Shown here: positions 22,016 through 34,404 of the stretch, one piece after another | Layout: each line of letters opens with the position of its first letter | How positions within the stretch are numbered: the stretch's first letter is position 1 | From: Nemertoderma westbladi | Taxonomy: Eukaryota; Animalia; Xenacoelomorpha | Length of the DNA: 34,404 nucleotides | Direction: 5' to 3' | Assembly: GCA_032718475.1 (NCBI GenBank) | Contig: JAUCBJ010005416.1 | Span: 1-34,404 of the forward strand | Made by a program: the position numbers and the translations under genes | Notes under the pieces: model-generated | Seen by the model: the letters and a program-made list of their open reading frames with translations, nothing else | What the model was told of the DNA's origin: nothing | Database searches by the model: none

Positions 22016-23666
22016 TTTTAATAGAGAATTTTCTCGTGATTTTTAAACACCAATAATTACGTAAATATGATAAACCATTGAAGAATTATGACTGTTTGAA
22101 GTTGAAAAAGTCGTAAATTTAGCTTGTCCAATTTATAAACTTTCATTTTCAACATTCGATAAATACCTGCAAATTCCATAAAGCCCTCTCAACAACCCGT
22201 ATATCATATTGAAGTATAGAATTTAAGCTTTCATGCAGATCATATTTATTATCAAAATAACTTAATAACAAGTTTTCGCACTGTTAATAATGTGTATCCA
22301 AATTCGGTTAAAATGTCCCCGCTGTAATGCCGATGTCCACGACTTTTCCATGTAACGCTATGCCAACAATGTCAATTTATTCGAAAACTACAATATCTGT
22401 TTGATATACTGGCTGTAATTTCGCGTCTAAACAATATCCCAAATTCTTATGGTAGCAGAGTAATGTGAAAAAGTCGAGTTCGTAAAGCAATGGTCTACCG
22501 TTGTAATGATATAAAAATGATTGGAACTTTCTTATAAGTAGGCCTACAGTAGATGGCTTGGTTTTTGTATCATCTGAATCGTTGGTAAATTCGCTATCCG
22601 AATATTAACTTTATAGTACTTTGTCAGCCTCAGCAGTTTATTTAAATGTTAACCAAACAATAGTGTCCACCATGCAGTAATGCGTCCACCATTACTGAAT
22701 GGAATTACAGCCCACCAGGACTGTCCCCGATGTAATGGTACATATAGATACATTTTGCATTACCGTACAGAGAGATAGAGACGGTATCCCGATAGAAAGG
22801 AATTGAGAAGCAGATAAGGTAACAACCAATAGGCTATAGAGCACCTTTCCTGCAGGGTGAAGCCCGGTCCTAATGGCCGCATCGTCCTATCTGCAGCTCA
22901 GGGCCAAACATCACCCCATAGCGAGGTGCCCATTGGCTGACAACTCTATGTACCTGCACCTGCATTAGCTGCTTCAATAAATAATTTCACGGTTGCCCTC
23001 GATAGCCATCGTTTTCACAACAAAAACTCAATCATCTATGTGAAGTATTTGCTGTCAATATGCCTTGGAAATTGACGACAAGGGACTTCTCTGTGAAACT
23101 TGATGGCAAATTTAAACAAACTGCCGTGAATTTTCACGATAAATTCCTATTGGCTATGTTTCATATTGCTTTGTGGTGGACTTAATTATCACAATTATAG
23201 AACTATTCATTAATATATTATTATCATATTATATTAACTTAACTTGCTAATGTTTTTTACATTTTCTACAAATACAAAAACAATGCAATACCGGTACATT
23301 TATTGATAAGCCACAATGGGTTCAAATTAGTATAAATAGCATAGGCCTACAGCTTTACTTAATTTGTCCCACTTTTGTCCCCCATGAAACGCATTACAAC
23401 AAGGGACAAAACCATTACAGCAGGGGACACTATATTTTGCTCTATAGTTGTTAATGAGGTACTTAAGCGTGGCACGCAGCACCGTCATATTCTCAATTCA
23501 AATACCTTTCGAATGATATATAGTTTTTCATATTTTGGAACAAAAAAATTTGCAAAAAAAATCAGTTATTTGGGCAATTTTTAGGAGCATCAACCAGACA
23601 TGGAAATTATATTTTCACTGTTTTTGTTAGGTAAACGAAAAGCCTGATAACAAATGCCTCACTTAC

Positions 23667-23851
23667 ATGTCACCATTATATCGGCCCTCAATTAAACTGT
23701 TTAAGTTCCTCTTCGCAATGAACTTGAAGGCTTCTCTGAGGTTGTTTATATGTCCATAAGGGGTAACCCTGAGACTGCTGTAGTATGCGGACAGCTGGGC
23801 CGTATCCTTTACGATGTCAGGATAGCCAATAAACGTATCAATTCCAGCAAT
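23667..23851 (-). CDS. M13 metallopeptidase exon (IGYPD motif)
   Basis: tacag|ATT GCT...GAC AT|gtaagt; 185 nt. Translates IAGIDTFIGYPDIVKDTAQLSAYYSSLRVTPYGHINNLREAFKFIAKRNLNSLIEGRYNGD. Confidence 0.9.
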
Positions 23852-24139
23852 CTGTATGCAAAGGTAATTAAAGATTCTTTGTGTTATAATTATATCGAAT
23901 TAAACGATTTACATTATTGCTACTATAAATAATAATCACCTAGTCGGTTTCCAGTATTCATCTAGTTAACCTTGACTTACAGTTTAGTAAAGATCAAAAT
24001 GTCCCTTTCCTTAAAGACGGCCAAGTACAACTGTAGGGTTGAGCTTGAGCACAGTGGCAGCATATGATGGTATTGACAGATGGAGGCCATGAGGAGGTAA
24101 ATTCCGGACATACAGTATTTCCAGGTCTATATTTTACCT

Positions 24140-24212
24140 GAGCCGCTAGCTGAATGGTTAGAGCGTCAGGCTTCCCACCCGGAGGTTACCAGTTCGATCC
24201 CATCTGGATGTC
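24140..24212 (+). mobile_element. tRNA-derived SINE head / tRNA pseudogene
   Basis: TAGCTGAATGGTTAGAGCG (A box) ... AGTTCGATCC (B box); no acceptor stem. Confidence 0.6.
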
Positions 24213-24524
24213 ATTCCCGACTTTGCAAAAGAGCTGTGCCAAACTAATAGAGCTGTGCCCAACACAAATAGTATTTCCTTTAAGTCAATCTCTTTGATTT
24301 ATCAATGTCTGCGTCTGACTATCTACTTGACTGTCAATCACTATGATCATCACTATGTCCTCCTGACTGCTACCAGTAGGAGGTAGTTAGTCAGTCTATC
24401 TGGCTTTCTGTTAATCAGTCTATCTGTATGTATGTCTGTCTGTTTATAAGACAGTCAGTCGGTCTTCTTCGTCAATAAGTCGGTCATCGAATAGCTATGT
24501 GGTTAATTGATTCAGTTAAAAAAC

Positions 24525-24676
24525 CTTTTGTTTAATGGACTCCTTGGTGTGGTCACTGAGCCATGATTGGCTGTCTATGAACCCCGTAGATGACCTCATT
24601 AGATAGTCAACAATAGTTCGACTTCGTTCGATCTTAGATTCGTTAAATCTCCCAAATTGTAGAAGCATGGAGGTTC
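24525..24676 (-). CDS. M13 metallopeptidase exon
   Basis: tttttcag|GA ACC...CAA AAG|gttttt; 152 nt. Translates (G)TSMLLQFGRFNESKIERSRTIVDYLMRSSTGFIDSQSWLSDHTKESIKQK, the 'WMD..TK..A..K' motif region. The donor is weak but phase-consistent. Confidence 0.85.
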
Positions 24677-25384
24677 CTGAAAAATTTAATATAATGTAAT
24701 AATTAATTATTGATTAACAATATTAATAAGTATTAATGCTACAGTAGTTATTAATTAATAATAACTAAATAATTAATTATCAATATCAATTGAAATCAAA
24801 GGTTCAAGAAATGTATGGAAATTTTGTACATATATACTATGATATGTCCTCTACAAGTTGGTGAAGTGGTAACACCTAGTTACTGTCGGTTCGGTGAGTT
24901 CTGGCTGTCTGTCTGTTGTCTGTTCTTTTCGATGTACATACAATACATAAATATTTTATCATGGCTTAGTATCATTCAACAACATACTCACACTATGTGG
25001 ATAATGGTTTCTTTACCAATGTATGACGCTCTGGTCTGCCCGTCTGTAGGGCTATTCAACTTTGTCTGTCTGTCCAACTGTCTGTCTTGTTGTCTGTCAA
25101 TTAGAATTACAGTAATGCTTGTAAAGTTCTATATAATTTTGGAAACAAACACAATATAAATTCAATAATTAGATATTATTGATTTACTCATATGAATTTT
25201 ATGAGAGACAGACATACTGACAAAGGACAGACATACAATAAATTACAGACGCCACAGATGTCATAAAATGTCTGTTTGAAACAATTGTGTGTTCTTATAC
25301 TGCAATTTAGTAGATAAATGCACTTGACTAAAATGGACAGACAGACCGACAAACAGCCAGACAGACACACAGACAGACAGATAG

Positions 25385-25600
25385 AAATTAATTTGCTGTC
25401 CACCACTTCTATTCTCACCAGCCGGATACCACAGCACAATGTTGCGTACAGTTTGATCCTGCCGGTGGAAACTGTGCTCAGCAAGAATCAGGAGGCGTCT
25501 CTGCAGGGTGATGCTGGGTTTTGGCAATGATATGTTACCATAGTTGTATAATACATCGCTTATTTGTGCGTCATATGCAACGTTATGCAATTTATACAAT
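25385..25600 (-). mobile_element. Decayed RTE-like C-terminal fragment
   Basis: LYNYGNISLPKPSITLQRRLLILAEHSFHRQDQTVRNIVLWYP...GGQ, homologous to the 4648-4960 peptide. Confidence 0.7.
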
Positions 25601-25666
25601 TTATCCTTGAATAGTCTGGTTGTAGGAATTTTATATTTCATTGATAATTGTAACATACCAGAGAAA

Positions 25667-26176
<510 letters not shown>

Positions 26177-27607
26177 AACCGTCGTATAAATTTCAGTGAC
26201 CTCATACGTTATAAAATATTAAGTAAGCAATTGAGGGTGCTTACACTGCAAAGTAATAGATACAATATACTTAAGTACCATATTTTTAATAGTTTGAAAT
26301 TGACAGATACATTTGACAGACAGCCAGACTAGGCCCGGCCAGGCATGGAACGTAATAATCAGGCATACTGTATCTCGTTATAACGAACCTGCCTATTAAT
26401 AGGCCAGGGTAGTTCTTGTCAAAAGTTGAGCCGTTCAAAACACGATGTGGTTGTGTGTGTGTGTATGTATAACCATCCAATATCTTAAAAACTCAATCAG
26501 GTACGCAAATATTTTAATAACAAACTCTACATAAATTTTGGTTGCGCACAAGACTGTATATTTTTTGTGGCGTTTCAATCACGGGGTCACTGTAAAATAG
26601 CGGTTTTGAAAATTTGAAGTCGAATTTCACCGATTTCAACTCGTCGAGTATGCACCAACTTTTTTATTTGAGATATTCAGTCATCTGAGCCACATATTTG
26701 AGACTCAGAATCTTTTCAAATATCGCCAATCTCGCACAGAACGTCGCCAAAATTTGTTAGTCCGGCAAAAAAATGCACAAATTCGTCTAAAAGAGTAAAT
26801 TATTTGGTTGCAGAATAATATGATTCAACTAGAAAAGCCAGCCAGCTGGCTATAAGGAGACCGTCCATATAGACAAACGTAGTGTAAGTTGGGTCCCTCC
26901 TCATTCATTATCATCAACCTATAAAACATTTAAACGGCAATTACCTGGCCTCCAATCTACAGTAACATAGCAGTGAGTAACCTTATAGATTATTGTCATA
27001 GGATTCACTGGGAAGAGCTATTCATCTGGTGGGGTAATACATTATACAAACTAACAGTTGATATTTGATTACTGTCTGGGTTAGAGTGAGATAGTAATAA
27101 ATTTGGCAAGTAATATACTTCTCTGCATTTTGGGGCTATCCATTCAATCAATAGTAGTAGCTTACTAGGCCCTCATGAGTACCAGCAGCTGGTGTTTCTA
27201 TCGTTGAGTTGATGGCAATTTTCGTGTTTCCATTTTTGCTCACTCAGGGTACTAGTTTGAGGGGCAGGTTCGTTTAAAGCCGCTGGTTTTCGAGTTATAC
27301 TTATATTATTCGGGGAGAAATTGCTTGCTGGCTTTCTAGTACAGACTAACTCTCTTGATCTCTTGATCTTTATTTATATCTCGTATTATTTTTTTTGTGT
27401 GTGCTTATCAAGATAGGTTGTTTAGTGATTATTTTGTAGTATATTGCAACTTTAGGATTTTAGCGGTATTGTATAGGTAATAAGGGAGCAACTGGGAGGG
27501 TACCTAACATTTCTCGAGATTCGAACTGTGCTCTTAAGCAGCATACAGCATAGTTATACATAGTTATACTTATAGTTGTACCCGTTTTCCGATTTTTATC
27601 ATTTCAT

Positions 27608-30600
27608 ATGCTTGCCGATAGATGTTGCTGCTGCAGCAAAAAATTACGTAATAACTATGTCATTCTACAGTGCACTCTATGTCACGAACAATCACATATT
27701 AAATGCCTACAAGGTGTGAAAATAAATGACTTTGAATATTTGAAGGCATGTAACGACTGGATCTGCGGTACATGTTTCTCTGACCTTTCCAGAAAATTGT
27801 AAAGGACAAGGATTATATATTGACTCTATGTGACTATAGACTACCCTCGGTAATTAGTTTAGATCTTCTTGACGATAAATTTGTCAATTTCTTTGACAAT
27901 GAAGAGTCGGTTTTCGCTGACACTGAATTCGATCCTGATACAAATTTTTTCAATAATAATAACCTCAACTGCAAATATTATTCAAATTTATACGATGTAT
28001 ATAAGGGACAAAATAATCAGTTTTCTGTAATGCAAACTAATGTCAGGAGTTTAAACAAAAATAGTGACGATTTGCAGTTGTAATTACTATGTTTGGGTAA
28101 ACCCCCTGACGTAATTGGTGTAAGTGAAACTTGGCAAAACGCTGACAATCATGATCTTTTCCAAATGAAAAACAATAACTTTTTTTATAACGTTCGTACA
28201 AATAAAATTGGTGGAGTTGCTGGAATTTATATCCGGGATGACCTGGACTGTGAAAAAAGATCTGATTTGGGTTCATTTAAATGTGGATTATATGAAACAA
28301 TTTTTGTAGAGTGGAAAAGTGAAGGGCACAGAAATGTGATATTTGCTAATATTTATCGTCCTTCTAACACAGATATTGTTTCATTTTTGGAATGCTTGAA
28401 AACGGACTTAGAAAAAATAAATAATGAAGGAAAATTATGTTATATTACGGGCGATTTCAATCTAAATGTTCTACATGCAAATGATTGTCCTCAACCGCAA
28501 AATTTCCTTGAGAAATATTAAATCAAAATTTTTTTGTATCACTGCTAAATAAACCTACTCGAATAACCGAACATAGTGCAACGGCGATAGATAATATACT
28601 CACTAATGACTTTACCACCATCACACATACCGGGGTTCTACTTGCACAAATTTCTGATCATTTGCCCATAATTACTTTTTGTAACATTCCACATTCGACG
28701 AAGGCTCCCCCATAAATTTTTCTTCCGACGTGATCATTCAACTATAAATCTGGACCGATTTAAACAAGCGCTTCAGAGTCTAAATTCTGAAGGTTGACAT
28801 AATGTGCTCGGCTCGAACAATCATGAGTCTGCTAATGATAATTTCATCTCTTCCTACCAAATATTATATGAAACACATTTTCCACTCAACAAAGTAGGCC
28901 TAAGGATAATCAACCCTGATAAACCTTGGATCACGGAATCACTGTTTAAGTCAATTCGCACAAAACATAAATTATATGCCGAATTTATTAAAATTCGGAC
29001 ACTCGAATATAAGCATAAGTTTTTAACATTCAAAAACAAATTAACAACTATGGTATAAACTAAGGTATACTTTAGTAATTTATTCATGAAATTCAAGGGA
29101 AATGTAGGTAAAACATGGGATGTTCTTAAGTCAATTATCCCACTAACTTCTAGCAAAAAATCATACAAATCGAATGTCAATTCGTCATTTCTCATCAATA
29201 AAAGGCTTGTAGACAATGGGAGTGATATTGTTAATGGCTTTAATGAACACTACTCAACATTCGCCAACAAACTACTGTAGCAGATAAAATTCCCACAAAC
29301 TCAGACTCGATTTACAAATATCTTCCAGGTGGTCAGTGCAACTCAATGTTACTTTCCACTATCTCAAAGGAAGAGCTACATAACATTGTCTTTTCTCTTG
29401 AAAAGAAAAAAAGCAATCGGCCCCGATCTAGTGAACCCCTCAATATTTAAAAAGGTATTTGAACACATTGCTGATCCATTGTTACATGTGGTTAACTTGT
29501 CTATTGAAACCGTACCGAAAGGTATGAAAGTGGCAAAAATTACACCTATAAATCGAAAAACAAAAAATTGGTTATAAACTACAGACCAGTTAGTGTTTTA
29601 TCATTTAGTTACAAACTAATCGAGAAATGTGTGTTTAATCAGTTAATATCATACTTGGAAAAAAAATAATATTATTTCTGATCACCAGTTTGGCTTCCTA
29701 AAAGGAAAATCAATTGATCTGGCACTTGCACTTCTTTTCAATGAACTATCGAATGCAGCAGAGAATACTTTAACTACAGTAGGTGTATTTCTTGATCTCT
29801 CAAAGGCCTTTGACACTGTTAATCACACAATTTTGTATAAAAAAATGGAACACTACGGCATTCGGGGTAACCCACTAGAATGGTTTAAAAGTTACCTTTC
29901 TGATAGATTTCAATATGTTCAGTACGGTGGATTTACTTCAACAAAGAAACCCATTACCATTGGTGTGCCTCAAGGATCAATCCTAGGTCCTATTCTATTT
30001 CTGCTATATATAAATGACATTGTTAATTATTCAAAAATTCTAAGTTTCATACTTTTTGCGGATGATACCAATGTCTTTCTTTCAGGTAAAAATGTATAAG
30101 AAATTATCCACACCTTGAATATTTAACTAAAAACGTCACTAATTGGTTGGCAATAAATAAACTTACGCTTAATATTGATAAAACTAATTCCATGGTATTC
30201 AAACAGAAACGTCCTTCAAATTTAATCTTACCACATCTACAAATATCTAATGCCTCTATTCCAGAAGTAACCACAATAAAGTTTCTTGGTCTTATGCTAT
30301 CAAACGACTTAAAGTGGAAAACACACATTAATTATATAAGATCAAAGATTTCTAAAAACGTTGGAATTATCAATAAACTGAAACATTTCATTCCTGAAAC
30401 TATACGTCTCATGTTATATCATACACTAGTGGCATCTTACTTATCTTTTGGTCTGATACTGTGGGGTTTCAATGCGACAGAGTCAACTCTTAAACTACTG
30501 ATAAAATTGCAGAATAAAATAATACGTGTCGTCTCACTGAAATCCAAAACAGTTCACGCCGAACCACTTTTCAAATATTTAAAAGTACTAAAACTTCAGG

Positions 30601-31300
30601 ATTCTTATCGGTTACAATGTGTCAAATTAATCTACTGTATAAACATAGAACATCCTCGGTGAAACTACCCTCAGAATTGAGTTCCAAACTGATACTCAAT
30701 CGACAGATACACTCTTATCCAACAAGAAATGCTGCTAATTATCACCTGCCCCTATATAAAACAGCATTAGCTAATGGTTATTCCAATAATAACCAAAATA
30801 ATACCCAGAATCGCCTTCGTTTACTTCACCTATTTGTGTACCGTAATGATTTCCATATAACGACTATTCTTCTTCTCTCTGTTTATAAATTTCTGTTTAA
30901 TTAATATAAATTGTTCTCAATGAATTTAAAAATGACTATAAAGTAAATTTTTAATGCACAGTGTCATTTTATTTCTCACATTTACAGTGCAGCTCAACTC
31001 GGCGCATAAGCTATGCTTTGATGAGGTTAGTACTTTGGTTGAAGTCGGAATTCGGGTGCAATTGTTTTCTTTAGATTTATACTGTAGACCTACTAACTAG
31101 ACTTAGTCAGTTGTATCTGTTAAACAATATCGTACAGTAATTATCCTAAGGCCTCAGGGGGGTGGGTTGGGTTGGTAACACGTGCATGCTCTCATTAAAT
31201 ATTTTAGTTTAATCGTGTTAGGTATAGGTTTAAATTTATTACATCATTATATTGGATATTATACGAGTCCTATGGGCTCAATCAATCAACCAATCAATCA
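27608..31300 (+). mobile_element. Decayed near-full-length CR1/L2-group LINE (PHD finger + APE endonuclease + RT), antisense in an intron
   Basis: PHD C..C...IxCxxC...H..C...W.C..C; APE motifs NVRSL, VSETW, GGV..YI, IYRP, GDFN, SDHLP; RT motifs FLDLSKAFDTVNH, GVPQGSILGPILFLLYIND, FADDT. Many stops and frameshifts. Probable (AATC)n tail at 31280-31300. 5' boundary uncertain. Confidence 0.92.
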
Positions 31301-31377
31301 CGAGGGTTAACTTCCAATCTTACTAGTAAAAAAATTACCGGAAATTATATCTTTAGATTCTTATCTTTTCGATTACA

Positions 31378-31853
31378 GCCATAGTAACCAATGTATTGCC
31401 ATACTAACCAATGTATTGCCATACTAACCAATGTATTGCCATACTAACCAATGTATTGCCATACTAACCAATGTATTGCCATACTATCCAATGTATTGCC
31501 ATACTAACCAATGAATTGCCATACTAACCAATGTATTGCCATACTAACCAATATATTGCCATACTAACCAATGTGTTGCCATACTAACCAATGTATTGCC
31601 ATACTAACCAATGTATTGCCATACTAACCAATGTATTGCCATACTAACCAATGTATTGCCATACTAACCAATGTATTGCCATAGTAACCAATGAATTGCC
31701 ATACTAACCAATGTATTGCCATAGTAACCAATGTATTGCCATACTAACCAATATATTGCCATAGTAACCAATGTATTGCCATTGTAACCAATGTATTGCC
31801 ATAGTAACCAATGCATTGCCATAGTAACCAATGTATTGCCATACTAACCAATG
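31378..31853. repeat. 20-bp minisatellite, about 24 copies, overlapping an exon/intron junction
   Basis: Unit atactaaccaatgtattgcc (minus strand CATTG|GTTAGTATGGCAATA). Confidence 0.97.
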
Positions 31854-32018
31854 AATCCGAGGTGCTCGGCAACCTCTTTAGAGCAACCGACCCACCCGGT
31901 CTCCAACACGCTGCCGTCTAGATAACGCGTCACCATGGACCACAACTCTCTTTGAGGGGGTGGAAACCCCGGAAATAACGTAATCAATCCCCGGACAAAC
32001 ACATAATCGTGTAGGACT
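31849..32018 (-). CDS. M13 metallopeptidase exon
   Basis: tttcttag|A GTC CTA...TTC ATT G|gttagt; 170 nt. Translates (S)VLHDYVFVRGLITLFPGFPPPQRELWSMVTRYLDGSVLETGWVGCSKEVAEHLGFI, resembling 'TL.NY..WR.V...RW..CV..V...LG'. Phases fit both neighbours. Confidence 0.85.
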
Positions 32019-32098
32019 CTAAGAAAAATATCGCAGAACAAATTATATACAATTTTATATACAAAATCAATAAATTTATCAAAGAAATGACAAACATA

Positions 32099-32531
32099 CG
32101 GAGCCCCTAAGAGGCAGATAGGGGGGAAACTGGACGCAATAAAAATTCATCCCTCAATAAGGGGAAATTCGACGCAAATAACAGCTGATTACTCTCAAAA
32201 ATAAAACTGTAGGCCTAACCTGTTCTATTGTGCTTATTTATTGTTTTGGTTAAAATAACGTGTCACTGTAACCTGCTCCTTTCCCTAAAAGTGAGAATTT
32301 ATCATTGAGGCGGGATATTAATTCGGCAAGATGGGATTTGCGTCCAGTCCCCCCCCCCCCCCCCCTCCCCTCCCCTGTCCCCTAAGAGGACATAAAATCC
32401 TCGTTTTATACTGTATGTTCGCTATCTCAATATATTGAGTTAGAAGGCATGTTCGCTAACTCAATGAGTTAGCGGACATCTACTGTATACTAAGTAAAAA
32501 ACGAGGATTTCATGTCCTCTTAGGGGCTCCC
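32099..32531. mobile_element. Composite MITE (module A reversed + palindromic module B), TA-flanked
   Basis: TA|CGGAGCCCCTAAGAGG ... CCTCTTAGGGGCTCCC|TA, with an internal third cccctaagagg at 32379 starting a palindrome of about 150 bp. Confidence 0.75.
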
Positions 32532-32819
32532 TACAAACAATTCAGAGAGAGAATTATTGTTTTTTGAATTATAAAATTTAGCATTTACGAAAAATCATTT
32601 GGTACCAAAAATTAATATCTAAAGAACAGTGGGCCATTAATTGGCATAGGGATGGGGCGCGGTACTGAACCATTAAACAGGTTTAGACAATAGGTACAAT
32701 TCGACAATGCTGGTTCCAAATCTGCTTTCAGATTTGCCCCCCCCCCCCCCCCCATATCAAGTTTCTCATATTTAGTTCAAATAGCCCAGGGTCGAACCGT
32801 GATCTGGGATGCCAGATCA

Positions 32820-33095
32820 CATGGATCCCCTCGCCCCTAGTCACTGCAAGAAGACCCTCATAGAGGTGGGTGGAACTGCAGAGGGTCCGAGCAGGGGTAT
32901 CGCTCGGGACGGAGAGGGGACATACAATATATTCCATCCAGTGACCTTCGAGAAGTCCTCTCTCCTCCAGGAGATCGGTTCCCGTATCCATACCTTGAGG
33001 TATGATGAGCCCCGCTCCCACTGTTTCCTATTGCAGCGCATCGTCGTGGCCATTCAGGTGGCCATTGCGGTGTCTATCTTGACGACTCTCGGCCC
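32820..33095 (+). mobile_element. C-terminal restriction-like endonuclease fragment of a CRE-like non-LTR retrotransposon
   Basis: D.LAPSH...YNIFHPVTFE...LLQEIGSRI...EPRSHCFLLQRIVVAIQ..A.SIL resembles the 'F.P.A.ET...EPRS..FL.QRISVAIQRGNA.SILGT' motif. Confidence 0.7.
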
Positions 33096-33596
33096 ATACC
33101 CGGGGGGAGCTTTGTGGAATAAGCCTACAGTAGTCAGAATTTTTGAAATATTCTTAAAAAAAATTTTAGAAACTTTTTTAGGTTTTTTTAGAAATTTTTT
33201 TTCAAAAAATTTTCAGTCTTAAATTTTGTCATTCACTATTAACTGACGCTTGCCACATACCTACATATCAAACCCTCGAGTGGGATTCTTCCCCTGGAGT
33301 AGGAGTTGGTAGAGCGATGACACTAAAGTTATTGAGACACCCCTTAAAGAACCCGTCCAACGGATCAAATACAAACGTAAAATTAATGGATCTTAATAGG
33401 TCCAATGCTGCAACCAATATCTAGCCTCAATAATTATAGCGTAGGAAAGAAATGCTAAATAGGTATTTGTTTGTTACCGAAGAAAAATATTTTATACTAA
33501 ATTAAAATATAAAACTTTTGGTAATAATTTAGGAATAGTGTAGATTCCTACAATTCGCAAATCAATACCGAAACTAAAACTTATAGCGGAACTTAC

Positions 33597-33789
33597 GATT
33601 CATTTATTTTCTTGAGATCGCTTAGGCTCTGTAGATACGCGTAGCTTGATATCTGGATCTCCATGTCATCTCCTAAAGTTATGCTCGATCGTTGTATCTG
33701 ATCGGATAAAATCGAATTAAAGAAATCAATCCAATTAAATTCCGGAATCCCTCTTGTAAGATTGGATAACGGGACGACAATTTCTTCCT
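33597..33789 (-). CDS. M13 metallopeptidase (neprilysin/ECE-like), first exon found in window (N-terminal domain region)
   Basis: ttttcag|AG GAA...GAA TC|gtaagt; 193 nt, open. Translates EEIVVPLSNLTRGIPEFNWIDFFNSILSDQIQRSSITLGDDMEIQISSYAYLQSLSDLKKINE, matching the M13 'L..L....P.FDW..Y...EV.V....YL..L' region. Phase 2 joins the next exon. Confidence 0.85.
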
Positions 33790-34079
33790 CTGAAAAATAA
33801 ATTTACATTAAAATATTTAAAAATGTAATTTGTATAACAAAATTAAAGAAAGTTACACGAGCCTAATGTAAATTTATAGTAAATTAAATTTCAAACATTA
33901 TCTAGTTCATAAGTTGATTGTTTAGCTAAGATATACAGTAGAAGGTCTACAGTATGCCTACACATTAAATAAATAATAATACTATTCGAAATAATATATA
34001 ATATTAATAATAAATTTAAAAAATGTAATATTAATAATTTTATTGCGTGGTAATAATTTTGTACATTATTTACACTATT

Positions 34080-34140
34080 AGGGGCCGTCCATAAATGACG
34101 TCGCGTAGGGTAGGGGGGGGGGGGGGGGGGGGGGGGGGTT
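34080..34140 (+). mobile_element. Left end of a probable PIF/Harbinger-type MITE
   Basis: TTA|GGGGCCGTCCATAAATGACGTC followed by a poly-G tract; matching right end not found. Confidence 0.45.
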
Positions 34141-34335
34141 ACAGATTTTGTGGCTAATTGTGCCATTGGGAGATGGCGAGTCAGAGCGTTATGTGAAGTC
34201 AGATTGACCAATTTATTTTTGGAGCACCTTTGCACAGTAATCAATTATTGTTTTGGTTAGAAAATGCTGTCTCTGTAACCTGCTCCTTTCCGTCAATTTG
34301 TTACTAAAATGGTTACTAACACAAATCTTATTTTG

Positions 34336-34404
34336 GGAAGGTTGCTCGCGGGCGAAGATTGCCATGCGGGGAAGGTTTCCCCCGGGCGAAGGTTGTACGC
34401 GGGC
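34336..34404. repeat. Start of a degenerate GC-rich tandem repeat of about 18 bp
   Basis: gggaaggttgctcgcg / ggcgaagattgcc / ggggaaggtttccccc / gggcgaaggttgtacgc; truncated by the window end. Confidence 0.55.

Noticed and set aside
24140-24212. Functional tRNA gene (also 2236-2308)
   Set aside because: A and B boxes are present, but the acceptor stem does not pair; treated as SINE heads.
33260-33420. Extra peptidase exon (ag...gtatgt bounded)
   Set aside because: Stops in the required phase; the flanking exons already join in frame with continuous M13 similarity.

Overview
AT-rich, repeat-dense eukaryotic (invertebrate animal-like) genomic DNA, not prokaryotic. There is no CRISPR array or rRNA gene. 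The backbone is the 3' part of one minus-strand M13-family (neprilysin/ECE-like) zinc metallopeptidase gene. I could join seven exons by hand with GT-AG junctions and matching phases (33597-33789, 31849-32018, 24525-24676, 23667-23851, 19306-19496, 14052-14188, 10430-10810; about 468 aa; the 5' exons were not found and probably lie beyond the window). The catalytic motifs are intact, but a conserved disulfide pair and the CxxW C-terminus are lost. Introns and the downstream flank hold a decayed PHD-APE-RT LINE, RTE-like and CRE-like LINE fragments, a TG...CA solo-LTR-like insertion with a 5-bp TSD inside a 17/19-bp satellite with higher-order structure, a piggyBac-like foldback element, MITEs, tRNA-derived SINE heads and several minisatellites. 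The two most notable observations: (1) a 2.04-kb CACTG-ended non-autonomous DNA transposon (8055-10095) carries an intact stand-alone PWWP (GLYR1/NP60-like) chromatin-reader ORF; (2) a 20-bp minisatellite is made of about 24 copies of the peptidase's own 5' splice site, and the copies nearest the real donor have lost the +5 G. All family assignments are motif recognition by eye, without database searches.
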